Shown here in pieces: positions 28,211 to 32,225 of a stretch of DNA of 32,225 bases (position 1 is its first letter; each line of letters opens with the position of its first letter). Position numbers and translations under genes: made by a program. The stretch is from a bacterium (GTDB taxonomy: Bacteria; Sysuimicrobiota; Sysuimicrobiia; Sysuimicrobiales; Humicultoraceae). The notes beneath the pieces are model-generated. The model was not told the DNA's origin. It worked only from the letters and a program-made list of their open reading frames with translations, and ran no database searches. The stretch covers positions 1-32,225 of the forward strand of contig JBGQGY010000029.1 in assembly GCA_041497675.1 (NCBI GenBank), read 5' to 3'.

Positions 28211-29269
28211 CTAGAGGAACTTGAGCGGATCGACCGGCTGCCCGTCGATGCGCACCTCGAAGTGGAGGTGCGACCCCGTGCACACACCGGTGCAGCCAAC
28301 GTTGGCGATCACCTGACCCTGCTTGACCTGATCCCCGATCTTGACCAGGAGCGTCGACGCGTGCCCGTAGACGGTCACCACACCATCGCCATGCGAGATG
28401 AAGACGACTTTCCCATACCCGCCGTGCCATCCGGTGAAGATGACCATGCCGTCGCGCGCGGCCTGGATCGGCGTCCCCCACGGCGCCGCGACGTCGATCC
28501 CGTCATGGTGGCGGCGGTACCGCCACCCGAATCGCGATGTCAGGGTCCCCCGCGAGGGCCAGGAGAGGCCCTCGACGCGCTTGAACATCGATTCGTCGGG
28601 TTCGGGCTCTGCCGGCCGAGCCGGGCGGCTCGCCACGCGCGGAATCTGGCGGTAGCGGGGGAGCGATCGTCCGGAAACGGCCAACCGCTGTCCCGGCTTG
28701 ATCCTGTCGGAATCGCCGAGGTCGTTGAGTTCGGACAAGATCTTGACGCTGGTCTCATACTCCTTCGCGATGTCCCACAGCGTCTCGCCCGACTGGACGA
28801 CGTGCGTGACGGTCACCCCCGCAATGCGGGCGGAGGCCGGGCGGGCGACGCGCGCGGGTTTGGTCTGGGCCGGTGAGGATGACGCCGTCTCAGCAGGGGC
28901 CGAGGGGATCGCCAGGATCGTCCCCGGCCTGAGCGGAGCCGTCACCGCCAGCCGGTTCTCGGCCGCCAGCGCTTCCATGGCCACGCTGTGGCGCTGGCTA
29001 ATGCTCCACAGACTATCGCCACCCTGGATCGTATACGTGCGGGCGGGCCGCGGGCCCGTCTGGCTCGCGGTGACACTCGGAACGGCGGGCGTCGATGGCG
29101 CGGCGATCGTGGCGACCAACACGCCTGGACCCGCCGAGACGGCGGCCAACACGGCCTGGCGGGCGGGTGGCAGAATCGAAGACGATGATTGGGCTAACGG
29201 CGTCCCGGTGACGGGACCCACCAGCATGACAGCGGCAAGCACACTGAGCGGTACGGCCGTGCTGCGCAA
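28211..29269 (-). CDS. LysM (x2) + M23 family peptidoglycan endopeptidase
   Basis: SD GGAGG before TTG 29269; signal peptide; YTIQGGDSLWSIS and HVVQSGETLWDIA LysM repeats; HDGID, YGH, HLHFEV. Confidence 0.92.
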   Translation of the reverse strand: MRSTAVPLSVLAAVMLVGPVTGTPLAQSSSSILPPARQAVLAAVSAGPGVLVATIAAPSTPAVPSVTASQTGPRPARTYTIQGGDSLWSISQRHSVAMEALAAENRLAVTAPLRPGTILAIPSAPAETASSSPAQTKPARVARPASARIAGVTVTHVVQSGETLWDIAKEYETSVKILSELNDLGDSDRIKPGQRLAVSGRSLPRYRQIPRVASRPARPAEPEPDESMFKRVEGLSWPSRGTLTSRFGWRYRRHHDGIDVAAPWGTPIQAARDGMVIFTGWHGGYGKVVFISHGDGVVTVYGHASTLLVKIGDQVKQGQVIANVGCTGVCTGSHLHFEVRIDGQPVDPLKFL

Positions 29270-29502
29270 CGTCGCCCTCCATAACGTTGTCAGCGCCGGT
29301 ACCGGCGACCGGCGAACCGAACGAGCCAGATTAGAACACACTGATCTGCCCTGCGCACGCGCGGGCTGCGTGCGCTTTCACCGACCTGCCGACCTGCGTG
29401 AGCCTGGAACGCTCCGAGTCTTCGGCACTCGGATGCGAGTTCCTGCCGCTCAGCCGTTCGCGGAGCCGGGCCGCTCCGCGCCAACGACGACCACGGCCGC
29501 TG

Positions 29503-30765
<1,263 letters not shown>

Positions 30766-30807
30766 GCAGAGATCACTCTCCTGTTTTTATGCCCGAATCA
30801 GGGCGGT

Positions 30808-31479
30808 TTAGACCCGCGCGCGCCGGGCTTCGAGTTCGGCTTTTAGCCGCCGGGCATCGGCCAGGAAACGCTCCAGGCCGACGTCGGTCAGCGGGTGTTT
30901 GAAGAGTTGCTCCATGACCTTGAACGGCATCGTGGCAATATGGGCACCCGCCAGCGCAGCTTCGACGACGTGCATCGGATGCCTCAGGCTCGCGGCGAGC
31001 ACCTTCGTTTCAAACGGGTAGTTCCGATACGCGGCGCAGATGTCGCGGACCACCTGCATGCCCTCGTTGCCGGCGTCGTCGAGCCGACCCACAAACGGGC
31101 TCACAAACGTCGCGCCCGCTTTTGCCGTGAGCAGCGCCTGCGGCAGTGAGAAGACCAGCGTCACGTTGACGGGGATCCCCTTCTCTCGCAGGCTGCGGAG
31201 CGCCCGCAGGCCGTCGGGCGTAATCGGCACCTTCACGACGACGTTGGGCGCCCAGGTGGCGAACTCCACGCCCTCGCGGATCATGCCCTCCGCGTCGGTC
31301 GTGGTGGTCTCGACGCTCACCGGACCCTTGACGATGCTGCAAATTGCCTCGATCTGCTCGCGGTGCTCGCGCCCTTCCTTGACCACCAACGTGGGGTTGG
31401 TCGTAACCCCATCGAGGATGCCCCACGCGTGCGCCGCTCGAATCTCGTCCAGGTTGGCGGTATCAAGAAAGAACCACAT
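30808..31479 (-). CDS. tal: Transaldolase, small TalC/FSA-type family
   Basis: FLDTAN, GVTTNP, VVKVP (Schiff-base Lys), NVTLVFS; SVE Glu and SPFVGR Phe favour transaldolase over FSA. Confidence 0.92.
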   Translation of the reverse strand: MWFFLDTANLDEIRAAHAWGILDGVTTNPTLVVKEGREHREQIEAICSIVKGPVSVETTTTDAEGMIREGVEFATWAPNVVVKVPITPDGLRALRSLREKGIPVNVTLVFSLPQALLTAKAGATFVSPFVGRLDDAGNEGMQVVRDICAAYRNYPFETKVLAASLRHPMHVVEAALAGAHIATMPFKVMEQLFKHPLTDVGLERFLADARRLKAELEARRARV

Positions 31480-31484
31480 CGGCG

Positions 31485-32225
31485 TCACCGGGCCGTGGCT
31501 TCAACATACATGACCAGACCGGCATCGGATGGCTTGAGCATCTTGAGATGGTCGCCGGGGCGCAGTTGCTGCATGAGCACCGGCTGGTCGTTACGGTACA
31601 TCGCGCTCTGGGCCGCGACGCGGTATTGTACGATCTGCTTTTTCTCGTCTTCGACGACGATGATCGCAGGCGGACCGCCCCGGATCTCACGGAGCGTCCC
31701 GACCTGGAAGTCGTAGCGTCCCATGGATTCCATCAGCACGTTGAGCGCGAAGATCGCCTCACCACGCGTCGCGGTGCGCCCCGGGCGGAACGTATTATCC
31801 GGCAAGGCGGGCACGATTTTCCGGTCGATGGCCACCACGATGCTGCCGCGGGCCTCGCTTGGAATCTCCGCCAGATCGGCGATCCTCGGTGTTTCGTTCG
31901 CGCGACGGATGGCTTCGGACTCCAACCCCAGGGCGCGGACCATGAGGACCGCCAGGTCGGCCCGGGTGACCGGCTGCTTTGGCCGGAACGTGTTGTCCGG
32001 ATAAGCGGAGACGAGTCCCCGGAGGTAGCTGAGCACGAGCGTCGTTTGGTTCTCCTTGGTGGTGTGTATGCCGATGAACTCGTAGCGGCCCGGTCTCACG
32101 GGCTGATCGTTCTGGTCAAGCTGCCGCCATCGGGTCGTTTCCCCTAGCATCTTGTTGGCCGCCAGCGGCAATGGCCGGTCCATTGCTGCGAAACGACGGC
32201 CGAGCGACCACCGCGCGATCTCTTC
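31485..32225 (-). CDS. S-layer homology (SLH) domain protein with a probable BsuPI-like segment (partial; frame open to window end)
   Basis: [18 protein letters not shown] and [18 protein letters not shown] repeats; upstream in-frame [14 protein letters not shown]...RWRQLDQ...VRPGRY. Confidence 0.8.
   Translation of the reverse strand, partial: EEIARWSLGRRFAAMDRPLPLAANKMLGETTRWRQLDQNDQPVRPGRYEFIGIHTTKENQTTLVLSYLRGLVSAYPDNTFRPKQPVTRADLAVLMVRALGLESEAIRRANETPRIADLAEIPSEARGSIVVAIDRKIVPALPDNTFRPGRTATRGEAIFALNVLMESMGRYDFQVGTLREIRGGPPAIIVVEDEKKQIVQYRVAAQSAMYRNDQPVLMQQLRPGDHLKMLKPSDAGLVMYVEATAR

Noticed and set aside
29350..29400. SRP RNA helix-8-like string CAGGTCGG..GAAAG..GCAGCC
   Set aside because: Does not match the CAGG-CC-GNRA-GG-AGCAG spacing or pairing
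29280..29500. c-di-AMP (ydaO) riboswitch upstream of LysM/M23
   Set aside because: Conserved GGGGGACCC, GGGGUGAA and CCCGAA..CGUCAGCUAAC elements not found

Overview
GC-rich bacterial chromosomal window with no rRNA, tRNA, CRISPR array, transposase or integrase recognisable. It is built on a minus-strand housekeeping scaffold resembling the Firmicutes-type cluster: SLH protein - tal - rho - LysM/M23 - rpmE - prfA - prmC - degenerate tsaC/sua5 - rpiB ... upp ... dCMP deaminase. Accessory blocks interrupt the scaffold. (i) A 10.7 kb plus-strand block carries glyA, a peptide-type ABC transporter without ATPases, an amidohydrolase, an FGGY kinase, a DgaE/SelA-like PLP enzyme and a coupled GNAT + CorA-like two-TM gene pair. 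(ii) A PlsY-like/acyl-ACP-reductase-like fusion follows upp. (iii) A hydantoinase A/B - racemase - RraA - nitrilase cluster contains a deleted ABC permease remnant. The left end holds DUF47-pit and a DEAD-box helicase. Most notable observations: the PlsY-reductase fusion has rewritten PlsY active-site motifs; the GNAT/CorA-like pair is unexplained; the Dga-like pathway appears PTS-independent; the helicase seems to start at ATA behind a pseudoknot/terminator-like leader; several genes carry small lesions (G7 frameshift, internal deletions). All family assignments come from motif recognition by eye, not database searches.
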